Assembly (NCBI GenBank): GCA_041746255.1 | Contig: JBGTHM010000014.1 | Coordinates: 1 to 64,000, forward strand | Direction: 5' to 3' | DNA from: Fibrobacteria bacterium | Lineage (GTDB): Bacteria > Fibrobacterota > Fibrobacteria > UBA11236 | DNA length: 64,000 bases | Shown here: in pieces, positions 28,426-40,821 of the stretch | Layout of the letters: each line of letters starts with the position of its first letter | Position numbering within the stretch: the first letter of the stretch is position 1 | Position numbers and translations under genes: made by a program | Notes under the pieces: generated by a model | Seen by the model: the letters and a program-made list of their open reading frames with translations, nothing else | What the model was told of the DNA's origin: nothing | Databases searched by the model: none

Positions 28426-29970
28426 ATGGGCGTAATGGAAAAATCGGAATGGTCTGCAGGTAGCCTCTCGGCGGGAATGGACGCCTTGAAGGCGGCGAAA
28501 CGGGAGTTGGAGAAGGGCCGGCCGGTGTCGCAATCCATCCGCCGCATTGCCCATATCCTCCGGGTTGCGGGAGTCCGACATGGATTGGAAAACCTGAGTG
28601 TCAGCGCATTGGGCGTGGAATCGGCCGACGAAAAACAGCTTGCCCCGGCGCTCGACAGACTCATTTGGGAATTGAACAAGATCAGCGGAAAGCTCCCTTT
28701 CGCGGAGCCATCCACGGTTTTGATTGTGGAAGAGGACGCGCAGATGACGCGCCTGCTTATCAGCGTATTGGGCGGCCCGGATCGCCGGGTACTCACCGCG
28801 AAAAGCGCGGCCGAAGCCCAAGCCATCATCGACAAATCCCCGGTGCATATTGTAGTGCTGGATTTATCCTTGCCCGACATGGACGGCAGGGATTTCCTGA
28901 TCCGAATCAAGGAGCGTTCGATAACGTCGGAGTTACCCGTGTTGGTGCTCTCCGGCCAAGCGGGCGCTCAGACGAAAACCGAATGTTTCGCATTGGGCGC
29001 GGAAGGGTATTTCGAAAAACCCATCGCCCCCGAAGTATTGAAAGCCGTGGTTTCCTCCCGACTCGAGAGGGCGCTTAAAGACAAGCGGGAAATCCGGCAG
29101 GATTCGCTTACGGGCCTACCCAACCGTGCCGGCTGCTACGACGCATTCCGCCGCATGTCGGCATTATCCGCCCGGAAACGTGAGTCGATGACTCTCGGCC
29201 TTATCGACTTCGATTGGCTGCAGCTGGTCAACCAGACGTTCGGGCATGTCCAAGGCGACCGCGTATTGCGTCAAGCCGTGCACGTTATGCTGCAAGCCCT
29301 GCGAAAATCCGACTTGCTGGCGAGATGGGGGGGTGATCAATTCCTCTTGCTGCTTCCCGGAACCGATATGGAAGGCGCAAAAGTCGCCTTGGCAAAAGTG
29401 CAGGCGGATATTCTGGAAGCGGGCGCTTGGCTCGAAAACGAGCGTATTTCCCTCGCCTTTTCCGCGGGAATCATGGCCGTGCCTCCGCAAGCCCAGTTGG
29501 AAGACTGTCTTGCGGAAGCCGACAGGTTGCTTTACCTCGCCAAGGCCGGAGGCCGAAGCCGCATTCTTTCCAGCAGCGACGGGATGCGGATTTCGCGCAC
29601 GTCGATTCTTTGGCTGGGAGGCGATCCCATTCTGTCTTCGGCGGCGCGCGAAGCGCTGGAAAACGAAGGTTTTGATGTGGCGGTATGTTCCGGTCCCAGC
29701 CAAGTCGCCGCTGAAGCGGGAGTCAGGCCTTTTTCCCTGGCGATCATCGATTTGCCGGGCCATGCGCTGGGCAGGGAGCCAAGTGCCCTCCCTCCGGAAT
29801 TACAGGCTTGTCCGGAAGGGGCGCCGCAGCTGCTTTTATTGGAACCGGGTTCGGAAACCCTGTTCCCCTTTATCCCCCCGGAACGGGTACGCGATTACCT
29901 GTATAAACCCTTTTCAGCCTATCAGCTGACGGCTTGCGTACACAATCTGCTGCGAAAAGAGGTCCATTGA
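28426..29970 (+). CDS. HPt-REC-GGDEF(degenerate)-REC signalling protein
   Basis: IRRIAHILR (HPt-like), VVLDLSLPDMDG/EKP (REC), DSLTGLPNR, RKSD..WGGDQF, C-terminal degenerate REC (LYKPFS). Confidence 0.88.
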   Translation: MGVMEKSEWSAGSLSAGMDALKAAKRELEKGRPVSQSIRRIAHILRVAGVRHGLENLSVSALGVESADEKQLAPALDRLIWELNKISGKLPFAEPSTVLIVEEDAQMTRLLISVLGGPDRRVLTAKSAAEAQAIIDKSPVHIVVLDLSLPDMDGRDFLIRIKERSITSELPVLVLSGQAGAQTKTECFALGAEGYFEKPIAPEVLKAVVSSRLERALKDKREIRQDSLTGLPNRAGCYDAFRRMSALSARKRESMTLGLIDFDWLQLVNQTFGHVQGDRVLRQAVHVMLQALRKSDLLARWGGDQFLLLLPGTDMEGAKVALAKVQADILEAGAWLENERISLAFSAGIMAVPPQAQLEDCLAEADRLLYLAKAGGRSRILSSSDGMRISRTSILWLGGDPILSSAAREALENEGFDVAVCSGPSQVAAEAGVRPFSLAIIDLPGHALGREPSALPPELQACPEGAPQLLLLEPGSETLFPFIPPERVRDYLYKPFSAYQLTACVHNLLRKEVH

Positions 29971-29979
29971 GCGCAGCAT

Positions 29980-31554
29980 TCAAGCATAGACTTTGAAATC
30001 GATTTCCTGGAAAATCGTATCGGTGTTTTCCAGGTTGGATAAAAAGGCCGCATGGACGGAGTCGGCTTTTATCTGGCGATAGAGTTCGAGGGTGTTGTGG
30101 ATGTGGACGCGGGTTCGCTTCACGGCGTATTCCACCGTGGTTCCGGTTTTCATGATGAACCCCCAGTCGGACGCCTGGGCCAAAAGCAGTTCGCGGGCCA
30201 TTTGTTTGCGCGCCCTATCGAATAAATCACCCGTCGATGGAAGTTTCGCGGCTTCATGCATGCATTCGGCGGCGTGATGCAGATGAGGATAGATCCATTC
30301 ATTGGACCCGTTGAGCCAGACCTCCGAATAACCGCCCGCTCCCCACGACGAAAGGCCCGGATTCGATTTGGGAATGCCGCCATGCCTCTCCAGGTAATCG
30401 CGTGGCGTCGACAGTTGGATTTCATCCTGTTCGGTCATGACTTTACGCATAACCGTACCTAACCACTGCGGCCCTTCGAACCACCAATGCCCGAAAAGTT
30501 CGGCATCGTAGGGGCTGATGATGTTGGGCGGGGTATCCAGGTGCGGCGCGAGATGCCTGACCTGTAATTGGCGGTTGAAAAGGAAGTTGGCGGCATGATC
30601 GCGCACCGCGTCTTTGGCCCATTGTTCCACATAGGGCTCTTTATACTGGCCGCTGCCGGTGATCCGGTGGTATTTGATGCCCGTATTGGTACGGATTCCC
30701 ATGGGATGAATGTACGGTCGGATATAATCCATGTCCAAATCATGTCCGATATCCCGATAAAATTCCCGATACCGGTAATCACCGGGATATCCTTCTTCGG
30801 CTGACCATACCGCTTTGGAAGACTCGTGATCGCGCGCGAAGCAGAATGTGCCCGCTTCGGTTTCGATGGGTGCGTGCACGCCCTTGGGCGAAGGCGGCAG
30901 GGCTTGCAGGATGCCGTGCGTGTCCACGAAAAAATAGCGAAGCCCGGCGTCTTTGATTTTCCGATCCAGGCCACGGTAGTATCCGCACTCGGCCAGCCAG
31001 ATGCCCCAGGGGTCTTGGCCGAAATGCTTGATATAATTGGTTACCGCAATTCCCAATTGCGCGTCCACCGCCTTGGGCGTCTGGCGGAGATTCGGCAGAA
31101 ATCCGTGCGTCGCGCAGCAGGTGATGATTTCCAGATTCGCCGACTTCTGGAATTTACGGAATCCGTTCAGAAGGTTGCGGTCGTATTTCATGAAGGTGCG
31201 GTGGCAGTCTTCGAACATATTACGGTACATGGCCGCAAGATAGCAGAAGGGAGGGAAATTCTTGGTGCGCGAGCATTCCTTCTCGGCCAGTTCACGCAGT
31301 CTATTGAGGTGATTGAGGTAACGGTTTTGTAAAAGCTCGTCCGCCAGCATTTCGCAAAGCGGAGGGGTGATGCTCATGGTTATTTTGAAGGGCAGGCCCT
31401 CCCGCTCCATGGCTTCGAACTGTTGCAACAGCGGTATGTAGGTTTCCGTTATCGCTTCGTAAAGCCACTCCTCTTCGAGGAAGCGGGGGTGTTCCGGGTG
31501 CCGGACAAAGGGAAGATGCGCGTGAAGGACGAAGTTAAGATACCCCGTCAGCAA
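29980..31554 (-). CDS. GH57 1,4-alpha-glucan branching enzyme (DUF1957-type)
   Basis: VLHAHLPFVRHPE, EAITETYIPLL, ATHGFLP, WLAECGY, PYDAELFGHWWFEG, QASDWGF. Confidence 0.93.
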   Translation of the reverse strand: MLTGYLNFVLHAHLPFVRHPEHPRFLEEEWLYEAITETYIPLLQQFEAMEREGLPFKITMSITPPLCEMLADELLQNRYLNHLNRLRELAEKECSRTKNFPPFCYLAAMYRNMFEDCHRTFMKYDRNLLNGFRKFQKSANLEIITCCATHGFLPNLRQTPKAVDAQLGIAVTNYIKHFGQDPWGIWLAECGYYRGLDRKIKDAGLRYFFVDTHGILQALPPSPKGVHAPIETEAGTFCFARDHESSKAVWSAEEGYPGDYRYREFYRDIGHDLDMDYIRPYIHPMGIRTNTGIKYHRITGSGQYKEPYVEQWAKDAVRDHAANFLFNRQLQVRHLAPHLDTPPNIISPYDAELFGHWWFEGPQWLGTVMRKVMTEQDEIQLSTPRDYLERHGGIPKSNPGLSSWGAGGYSEVWLNGSNEWIYPHLHHAAECMHEAAKLPSTGDLFDRARKQMARELLLAQASDWGFIMKTGTTVEYAVKRTRVHIHNTLELYRQIKADSVHAAFLSNLENTDTIFQEIDFKVYA

Positions 31555-32768
31555 ACCGTCAATTCCTTGAGATTGTATAAGAACGATTCGGTCATCCCGC
31601 TTCGGGAAGTAAGCGTCATATTGATATTGTTCTTCTCCACGGGAAGCAGGATGCGGAAATAACCGTCTGCGTCGGTGACGACGTTCCGGTCGTCGACTTT
31701 AACGGCGGTTCCCGGCCTGACCTTGCCTTTGATTTCCAGTTCGGCGGGAATGGGTCCCCGTCTGCCGCTCCAGTCTGTTTCCGGAGCCTTCGTCATGCGG
31801 GAGCTGGAGCTGAAGATGTCCGAGCTGGGATTGAAGAAATCCATGAAGGCGCCGTTGCCTTCGAGGATGAAATGTTCTGAACTGCCGAAGTGCATGGTGC
31901 GGGAACCGCCACGCAGCAGAATGTTTTCGTTTTCGAGACGACGCTGGGTTTTTCTCCAGGTTTCGGGCAGTTCGGAGGCTTCCGAGGCGATAATGGAAAT
32001 GAAATGCCCGTTGTCGCTAAGCCAACCCAATTCGATTTGGTAGGTCTGTCCGCTATCGGGAACCTTGAACCACCATTTGCGCTCCATGAAATGCACGGGA
32101 ATGAAGGTGAAGTTCGTCTCGAAAAGATCACGCGAGTCCCAATTGATTTTCAGAACTTCGCGATAGGTTTCGGTGGCGTCGCGTTTTTCTTGGGATTTCC
32201 GCTCCACCAGGTCCGAGGTAAGCTCCCAATAACTGAACATCCATTCCGGGTCCTTGGGCATCAATACCAATTTGTCCTGATAATATTCACGAGGCAAATC
32301 CGGAGTATGGTCGGGAAAACCGAAGGGCCGGTGGGTTTCGAATTGCAGAAAAGTTTTGGCCCGCAAGGTTTTATCGGGACTGGAGCCCGGCTCGATGATC
32401 GCCAGGGTCAGCTCTTCCAAGGGGCTGGCTTCTTTTGGGCGGGAGTCTGCTACACGGTTGGTTTTGCGATTGGTCTTGGGGCTTCCGTTCGTAGCGGAGG
32501 TCTTTTCCGCTCTGGATGCTTCAGTCGATGTGGAGGTTTTTACAAGGGTTTCCGGTTTGGCGGCCTTTCCGAATCCAATCTTGGCGGCAACCCTTTTTAC
32601 CGCAGCCTTAATCCGCGATTTGCCTTCCGGTTTGGAAGTGGCTGCCTTCTCTGCGGCTTTCCCTGCTTTTTCCTTAGGGAGGCCGGCTTGCTTGGCAGCG
32701 GACTTGGTTGTGTCCGAAGGTTTTTGAGTTTTCCGCGTTGCGGATTTTTTATCAGGCTTCTTATTCAT
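31548..32768 (-). CDS. DUF4912 domain protein with Lys/Ala-rich N-terminus
   Basis: LPREYYQDKLVLMPKDPEWMFSYWE signature; C-terminal AELEIKG..DADGYFR; overlaps the GH57 start. Confidence 0.85.
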   Translation of the reverse strand: MNKKPDKKSATRKTQKPSDTTKSAAKQAGLPKEKAGKAAEKAATSKPEGKSRIKAAVKRVAAKIGFGKAAKPETLVKTSTSTEASRAEKTSATNGSPKTNRKTNRVADSRPKEASPLEELTLAIIEPGSSPDKTLRAKTFLQFETHRPFGFPDHTPDLPREYYQDKLVLMPKDPEWMFSYWELTSDLVERKSQEKRDATETYREVLKINWDSRDLFETNFTFIPVHFMERKWWFKVPDSGQTYQIELGWLSDNGHFISIIASEASELPETWRKTQRRLENENILLRGGSRTMHFGSSEHFILEGNGAFMDFFNPSSDIFSSSSRMTKAPETDWSGRRGPIPAELEIKGKVRPGTAVKVDDRNVVTDADGYFRILLPVEKNNINMTLTSRSGMTESFLYNLKELTVC

Positions 32769-32828
32769 GTTCCGCTCCTGGCTTGATGAAATCATTCGAA
32801 GCCGATGACGGAACGCCCTATGGGGTTC

Positions 32829-34001
32829 TCACCGGCTATTTCTCGAAGACCGCCCCCAATTTCCAACACCCGTTAAAGAAAGCGACAACTTCACGTAATC
32901 TTCGGAAATCAAATTAATTTCTGTAGACCCTCGATGTCCATAGGCTACAGCGACATTTAAATTTCCTCCTCGTCTACCCAACGGCAGGCCGGTGCCGACA
33001 GCGAGAAAATAATGATTCGCTGCATCTAAAGATAGATATTCATATCCCACGCCTCCCCGCAAGGCGATTTTCTTGTGGTAGGGGTCGTATAGGCCGCCGG
33101 TTCCAACCTTTTCAAACCCAAACCCCACCAGATGAGAGGGATTCACATCCCCGTTCACTTCGAATAGCAAGGAAGAATAGTCCGCGGTCAACACTTTGTT
33201 GGGCGACAATTTATATGCTGTACCTAAGGCGAAACTCCAGGGAAACTCCTTTTCGAATTCAAGCCAATCCGGGGTTTCGACACCGGTTATGCTCCGTTTA
33301 CGCTTTTGCGTCAAATCGGCGCCGGCGGAAACCGATCCCGCCAGGTTGAAAAGCCTGTGCCGAAACATGGCTGATAGGGCAGGGTAACCTCCGCTACTTT
33401 TCACCTGCAAGGTGTCTCCGGTTAAATTCCGGGAACCGTCTCCAATTCCGGTGAATTCGGATGCGAAAATGCTTCTTTCGCGGCCGATCAGCCAGTGGTA
33501 CCCGGCTCCGATGGCTATCCGGTTTCCGATGGGAAAGGCCCAAGCGGTGACCAATTCATGCAACCCTCCTTCAAATTGCAGGTTTTGCCGTACGTTCCCC
33601 TCATTTTCCATCGGCGAGAAGGAAAACTCCCGGGAAAAACGCTGCCAATACGACACACCGAAGTTACCGAGTTTTCCGGCATGGAAATCCATCCCGATAA
33701 GCGGAAGGGCGAAGGAGCCGGTGCGGTTCGATGTGGCCTCGTCGCGCAAATAATCCACATCGCCTTCGAAAGTAGCCGAAAAGGTGGTTTGTCGGCTGAA
33801 AGCCTGCCGGGAGTGATTAAGCGGTGCCACTCCCGGGTCTTCGCTGGCCATGCCCGAAGAGCCCATGGCCCGTTCACGCGTTCCATAAGGCATAAGCTGG
33901 ATTCCCAGGTCGTTTGGCTTGAGGCCAAAGGGAGAGCTTTCGCCCCAGGCAAGAAATTGGGAAAGTCCGTAAATGAGAAAGAGCGAACGATAATGACGCA
34001 T
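32829..34001 (-). CDS. FadL/OmpP1-like outer-membrane beta-barrel (Bacteroidota BAM-associated type?)
   Basis: Signal peptide, N-terminal SPFG..G....R.RAMGSSG, C-terminal GTGLPL..LNVAVAYGHRG....ISEDYVKLSLSLT...W. Confidence 0.75.
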   Translation of the reverse strand: MRHYRSLFLIYGLSQFLAWGESSPFGLKPNDLGIQLMPYGTRERAMGSSGMASEDPGVAPLNHSRQAFSRQTTFSATFEGDVDYLRDEATSNRTGSFALPLIGMDFHAGKLGNFGVSYWQRFSREFSFSPMENEGNVRQNLQFEGGLHELVTAWAFPIGNRIAIGAGYHWLIGRERSIFASEFTGIGDGSRNLTGDTLQVKSSGGYPALSAMFRHRLFNLAGSVSAGADLTQKRKRSITGVETPDWLEFEKEFPWSFALGTAYKLSPNKVLTADYSSLLFEVNGDVNPSHLVGFGFEKVGTGGLYDPYHKKIALRGGVGYEYLSLDAANHYFLAVGTGLPLGRRGGNLNVAVAYGHRGSTEINLISEDYVKLSLSLTGVGNWGRSSRNSR

Positions 34002-34015
34002 AGGGTTTTTCCGGT

Positions 34016-36860
<2,845 letters not shown>

Positions 36861-36887
36861 GGTTAAAGCCTGAGCGACGGGGCTGGG

Positions 36888-37214
36888 CTATTTGTCTTTT
36901 TTAAGGAGAGCGACGACTTCGGGAACCATATCGATGGCTTTGCCGAAAACGTCCTTCTCTTTGGTCAAGCTCATGATTCGGGCGGTACCATCGGTGACGG
37001 CAATGAATGCCACAGGCTCCACGGTAATGCCTCCACCGGATCCGGCCATCTCCCCTTTGCCGCTGTTGGATCCCATTCCGAAGCCGATGGAGACTTTCGA
37101 AACCGGCACCAAGGTGGTGTTCTCCAATTCGATGGGCTTCCCGATTACCGTATCGGTTTGGGCGATGAATTTCAGCTTTTCCAGGAGGGTCGACGCGAGG
37201 TTTTCAAGGCTCAT
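36888..37214 (-). CDS. GerW/YtfJ family protein
   Basis: TVIGKPI..TLVPVSKVSIGFG.G..GSGGGITVEPVAF. Confidence 0.88.
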   Translation of the reverse strand: MSLENLASTLLEKLKFIAQTDTVIGKPIELENTTLVPVSKVSIGFGMGSNSGKGEMAGSGGGITVEPVAFIAVTDGTARIMSLTKEKDVFGKAIDMVPEVVALLKKDK

Positions 37215-37307
37215 GGTGCTAATATATCTTTCCGCCTTTCGATGGCAAAGAGTAGGAACCGTGAAGAAGGTAATTAAATAATGGAGGCGGTGAAGGGAGG
37301 CTCGCCG

Positions 37308-37381
37308 TGCGAGTGCCAGGATTCGAACCTGGAGTCTTCTGATTCGTAGTCAGATGCCTTATCCAGTTTGGCCACACCCGC
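37308..37381 (-). tRNA. tRNA-Arg (anticodon ACG); CCA not encoded
   Basis: GCGGGTG/CACTCGC acceptor stem, anticodon arm TCTGA-CTACGAA-TCAGA, T-arm CCAGGTTCGAATCCTGG. Confidence 0.96.
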
Positions 37382-37457
37382 AGCAAGGCGAAAAGCTTGT
37401 CTGCTTGGCCTCCCTTTCAGCCGATTGGGGCAAAGGTACTAAACAGGGGCTGGGGCT

Positions 37458-38393
37458 TCAATGACTTTCCCGCTTCAGCACCACCCGTAGGCGGTAGAAA
37501 CCAGCGAGTTGTTGGAACATATTGAGGCGTATGACGTAAAGACCGGGTGCTTCGGCATTTCCCACGCCGAGCTCAGCACGATGGCGGGCGAGGCCGGGTA
37601 CGAACCCGTTGAATTGCGCACGACCCAGGTTTCGGGTGGAATCCACCTGGATAGCGAGTTTGGGATTGGTGTCGTAAAAAAGGGAGTCGAATGAGGCTTC
37701 GGGGTAGGGCCCCAACAGTTCCAGTTTGATATTCATCGCTCGCGGACCGTCCAATAAGACGGATAGCGTGTCCATGGGGAGCAGGCGAATCAATTTCGCA
37801 TCGCGCAAGTCAAGCGGGCTGCGTTGAGTCAGGCCGTCGAGCTTACCTTCGGTCCACAACGTATCTCCTGCGTCAATCGGGAGACGCCATCGGCTGGAGG
37901 TCCCGAAAAGCGTATCGACCTCATCCTCCCTGTCCCGGTCGAAAAAATCGACATCGGACCAAGTGTAGGGGGCGAAATCCAGCTGGATTTGTCCCCGGCG
38001 GTTGCCGGCCAGATCGGTCAGGTGGGAAAGGACGATGGCAAAGGACTTGCCTATCTCGAAATGGGTACGCCCGAAATTTTTATGCGCCCCATGGATGAGC
38101 AATTTGCGATCGCCCTGGAAAAATTTGGAAATTCCATCGGACCCTATCGTGGGCAGAAATTCGACCGCCAAAGCGGCGGTATCGATGGGTTCGGAGAATT
38201 CAATCAAGACGGTATCGGTAACGCCAAACCGATATTTGCCATCGAGCTCGCTCAGATTCAGGGAGATTTCCGGAGCCCCTCGGTCCACTTCCTCGGTTGC
38301 GCACGAAGCTAAAAAAAATCCTGAGCCAAGGAGCAGCACGACCAGGGAAAGAGCCCGGGTCGAGAGAAGTGAGTCTCGAATTCGGTTTAGCAT
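37458..38393 (-). CDS. Lipoprotein with a bacterial Ig-like domain
   Basis: Lipobox LASC; IEFSEPID and LTDLAGN Ig-like (Big_5-type) motifs. Confidence 0.7.
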   Translation of the reverse strand: MLNRIRDSLLSTRALSLVVLLLGSGFFLASCATEEVDRGAPEISLNLSELDGKYRFGVTDTVLIEFSEPIDTAALAVEFLPTIGSDGISKFFQGDRKLLIHGAHKNFGRTHFEIGKSFAIVLSHLTDLAGNRRGQIQLDFAPYTWSDVDFFDRDREDEVDTLFGTSSRWRLPIDAGDTLWTEGKLDGLTQRSPLDLRDAKLIRLLPMDTLSVLLDGPRAMNIKLELLGPYPEASFDSLFYDTNPKLAIQVDSTRNLGRAQFNGFVPGLARHRAELGVGNAEAPGLYVIRLNMFQQLAGFYRLRVVLKRESH

Positions 38394-38553
38394 GGAATCG
38401 ATTATACAATATAATGCCATATGTGTCTTGACGGGTACGGAAAGAAACACCTCATAGTTCAAGCGGGCCGGGAAGGGATATTTTCTACTTTAAGGTGGTT
38501 AAGGCAATGGACTTCGGTCGGCTGCGGGTAAGCCAATTGGGCGATTATCGGGT

Positions 38554-40821
38554 ATGAAATCATTTTTCCGTTCCATCTCGCAACCTTTCCGTGATAAGGA
38601 CGATCGGGGCCGTATCTGGTTCTGGTTCAAATGCCTGGCCATCCCTTTTTTTTCCCTCCAATTTCTGGTTCTGGGGGTGATTGCTTTTTATACCCTGAAC
38701 CTCCCTTCGCTTGAAAGTCTGGAACGCATTGAACCCAGTTTAATCACCCGGGTGTACGATAGGGATACCTTGTTGGTGCATGAGTTCTATACGCAGCGTA
38801 GGGTATGGATGCCTTATGAGGATATTCCAGAAATGGCGATGCGGTCGGTTTTCGCGGTGGAGGACAAAGATTTCCATTCGCATTGGGGAGTCGATTTGGA
38901 TGCCGTCCCCAAAGCCTTGATTCCCGGCCTGTTCGGACAACGCATTCGCGGGGCTTCGACCTTGACCCAGCAATTGGCGAAAAATCTGTTCCTGACTCCG
39001 GAGCGTTCCTTTGCGCGGAAGGTCAAGGAGGTATTGGTCGCATTGAAAATAGAGCAAACCTATACCAAGGCCGAAATTCTGGAATTCTATTTCAGCCAGG
39101 TGTATATGGGCGCGGGTGCCTACGGTTTCGAGGCGGCGTCGCAAAAATATTTCTCCAAATCCCTGGCCGAACTTGAACCGCATCAATACGCGCTGCTGGC
39201 GGGTTTGTTGCAACGGCCTGAAGCCTACCGACCGGACGTCCATCCGGAGCGGGCACTGGCACGTCGCAATACGGTACTGGGGGCAATGCGTTCCGCGGGA
39301 GTGCTGACCCGGGCGCAGAGCGTGGAGGCTGCGGCCCGACCGCTCGACATAGAAGTCAAGGCTCCGCAATCCGCCTTCGCCGCCTATTTCGTCGAAATGG
39401 GGCGTCAATTCATGGAGAAAAAATGGGGTGAGGATCTCATTTATAATCAAGGCGCAAGCGTCTATACCACCCTTGATTCGGGCGTGCAGGCGGTGGTGGA
39501 ATCGGTGTTCACGGCCAACCTGGAAAAAATCCAACGCCGCATCCGCTATCGAACCGCCCGTCAGTTGGATATGCCTCGCCTCCTCAAGCGAAACATAGAC
39601 CTGGTGGTGCGGCATTGGGACGAGACGTATCCTTTGTTCGACTCGCTCTATTTGCGAGCCGACACGCTTGAGAAAAAGCGATTCCCCGATTCCCTGCGCT
39701 ATCGTCATGCCCAGGCGGCCTTGGTGCTTTTAGATAACCCTACGGGCGCAATTCGCGCCCTGGTAGGCGGTGAGGATTACCAAGCATCCAAATACAACCG
39801 GGCGGTGCAGGCGAAACGGTCCCCCGGATCGTCGTTTAAGCCCTTTGTTTATGCCGCGGCTGTCGACAACGGAGCCGGTCCCGGCGAAATGCTGAACGAT
39901 CAACCCATTACCATACCCGATCCCACCGATTCCACCAAGATGTGGCGTCCGCATAATTATGAAGACGAATTCGAAGGGAAGATCGATATGCGACGCGCCC
40001 TGTACCGCTCGAAAAACCTTCCCGCCATCGAAACCGGGATGCGCTTCGGGCTCAATACCATCGTTTCCTACGCGCGCAAATTCGGTTTGAAACACAATGT
40101 ACCCGCCGTACCCTCGCTGAGCATTGGCTCCGCCGAGGCCACCTTGATGGAAATGACATCCGCGTATACCGCCTTTCCTGGCTTGGGCGTACGACCTGAA
40201 CCCTACCTGATTGAGGTCATCGCGGATAAGAATGGTAGGTCGATTTATAACAACGTTTCCGCGACCCATGAAGTTCTCAGCCGTCAAGCGGCATGGATTA
40301 TGACAACCATGCTGGTGGACGTCAATATCAGGGGTACGGCGGCTTCCGTGTGGGCGAGCGGTTTCAATTACCCTTCCGGAGGCAAGACGGGAACGACCAA
40401 CGATTATACCGACGCATGGTATATCGGATTTACTCCCCATTACACTCTGGGTGTTTGGGTGGGAGTCGATAGTAATATGCCGTTGGGCCCAGGCCATACC
40501 GGAACCAGCGACGCCCTTCCCATGTGGTTGGGCGTGATGCGGTCGCTGCATAAAGATCTTCCCTTGCAGGGCTTCACGCGTCCCGAAGGGGTGATTCAGG
40601 CCAGGACCTGCCGCCTCTCGGGCCTGGTAGCGCAGGACTTCTGCCCGGCATATAACGAGGACTTTTATATCCAGGGCAGCCAGCCGTCCGAAACCTGTCA
40701 ACCGGAATTGCATTCCCACCGGGCTCATGAGGATGTTTTCAACGCCAATCAGCGGAGACAGCGAAGCGACTCCCCGGTTTCCGGTGAGGATACCAGTCCA
40801 CGGATTCGCAAAACTTTCTGA
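38554..40821 (+). CDS. Class A penicillin-binding protein (PBP1A family), copy 1
   Basis: EDKDFHSHWG, GASTLTQQLAKN, RKVKE; SSFK, SKN, KTG. Confidence 0.95.
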   Translation: MKSFFRSISQPFRDKDDRGRIWFWFKCLAIPFFSLQFLVLGVIAFYTLNLPSLESLERIEPSLITRVYDRDTLLVHEFYTQRRVWMPYEDIPEMAMRSVFAVEDKDFHSHWGVDLDAVPKALIPGLFGQRIRGASTLTQQLAKNLFLTPERSFARKVKEVLVALKIEQTYTKAEILEFYFSQVYMGAGAYGFEAASQKYFSKSLAELEPHQYALLAGLLQRPEAYRPDVHPERALARRNTVLGAMRSAGVLTRAQSVEAAARPLDIEVKAPQSAFAAYFVEMGRQFMEKKWGEDLIYNQGASVYTTLDSGVQAVVESVFTANLEKIQRRIRYRTARQLDMPRLLKRNIDLVVRHWDETYPLFDSLYLRADTLEKKRFPDSLRYRHAQAALVLLDNPTGAIRALVGGEDYQASKYNRAVQAKRSPGSSFKPFVYAAAVDNGAGPGEMLNDQPITIPDPTDSTKMWRPHNYEDEFEGKIDMRRALYRSKNLPAIETGMRFGLNTIVSYARKFGLKHNVPAVPSLSIGSAEATLMEMTSAYTAFPGLGVRPEPYLIEVIADKNGRSIYNNVSATHEVLSRQAAWIMTTMLVDVNIRGTAASVWASGFNYPSGGKTGTTNDYTDAWYIGFTPHYTLGVWVGVDSNMPLGPGHTGTSDALPMWLGVMRSLHKDLPLQGFTRPEGVIQARTCRLSGLVAQDFCPAYNEDFYIQGSQPSETCQPELHSHRAHEDVFNANQRRQRSDSPVSGEDTSPRIRKTF

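Noticed and set aside
37215..37457. tRNA-Arg as a possible integration site
   Set aside because: No integrase, no duplicated tRNA 3' end seen, flanks look like core genes
38740..40728. Two ~330-aa ORFs antisense to PBP1A copy 1
   Set aside because: Shadow ORFs
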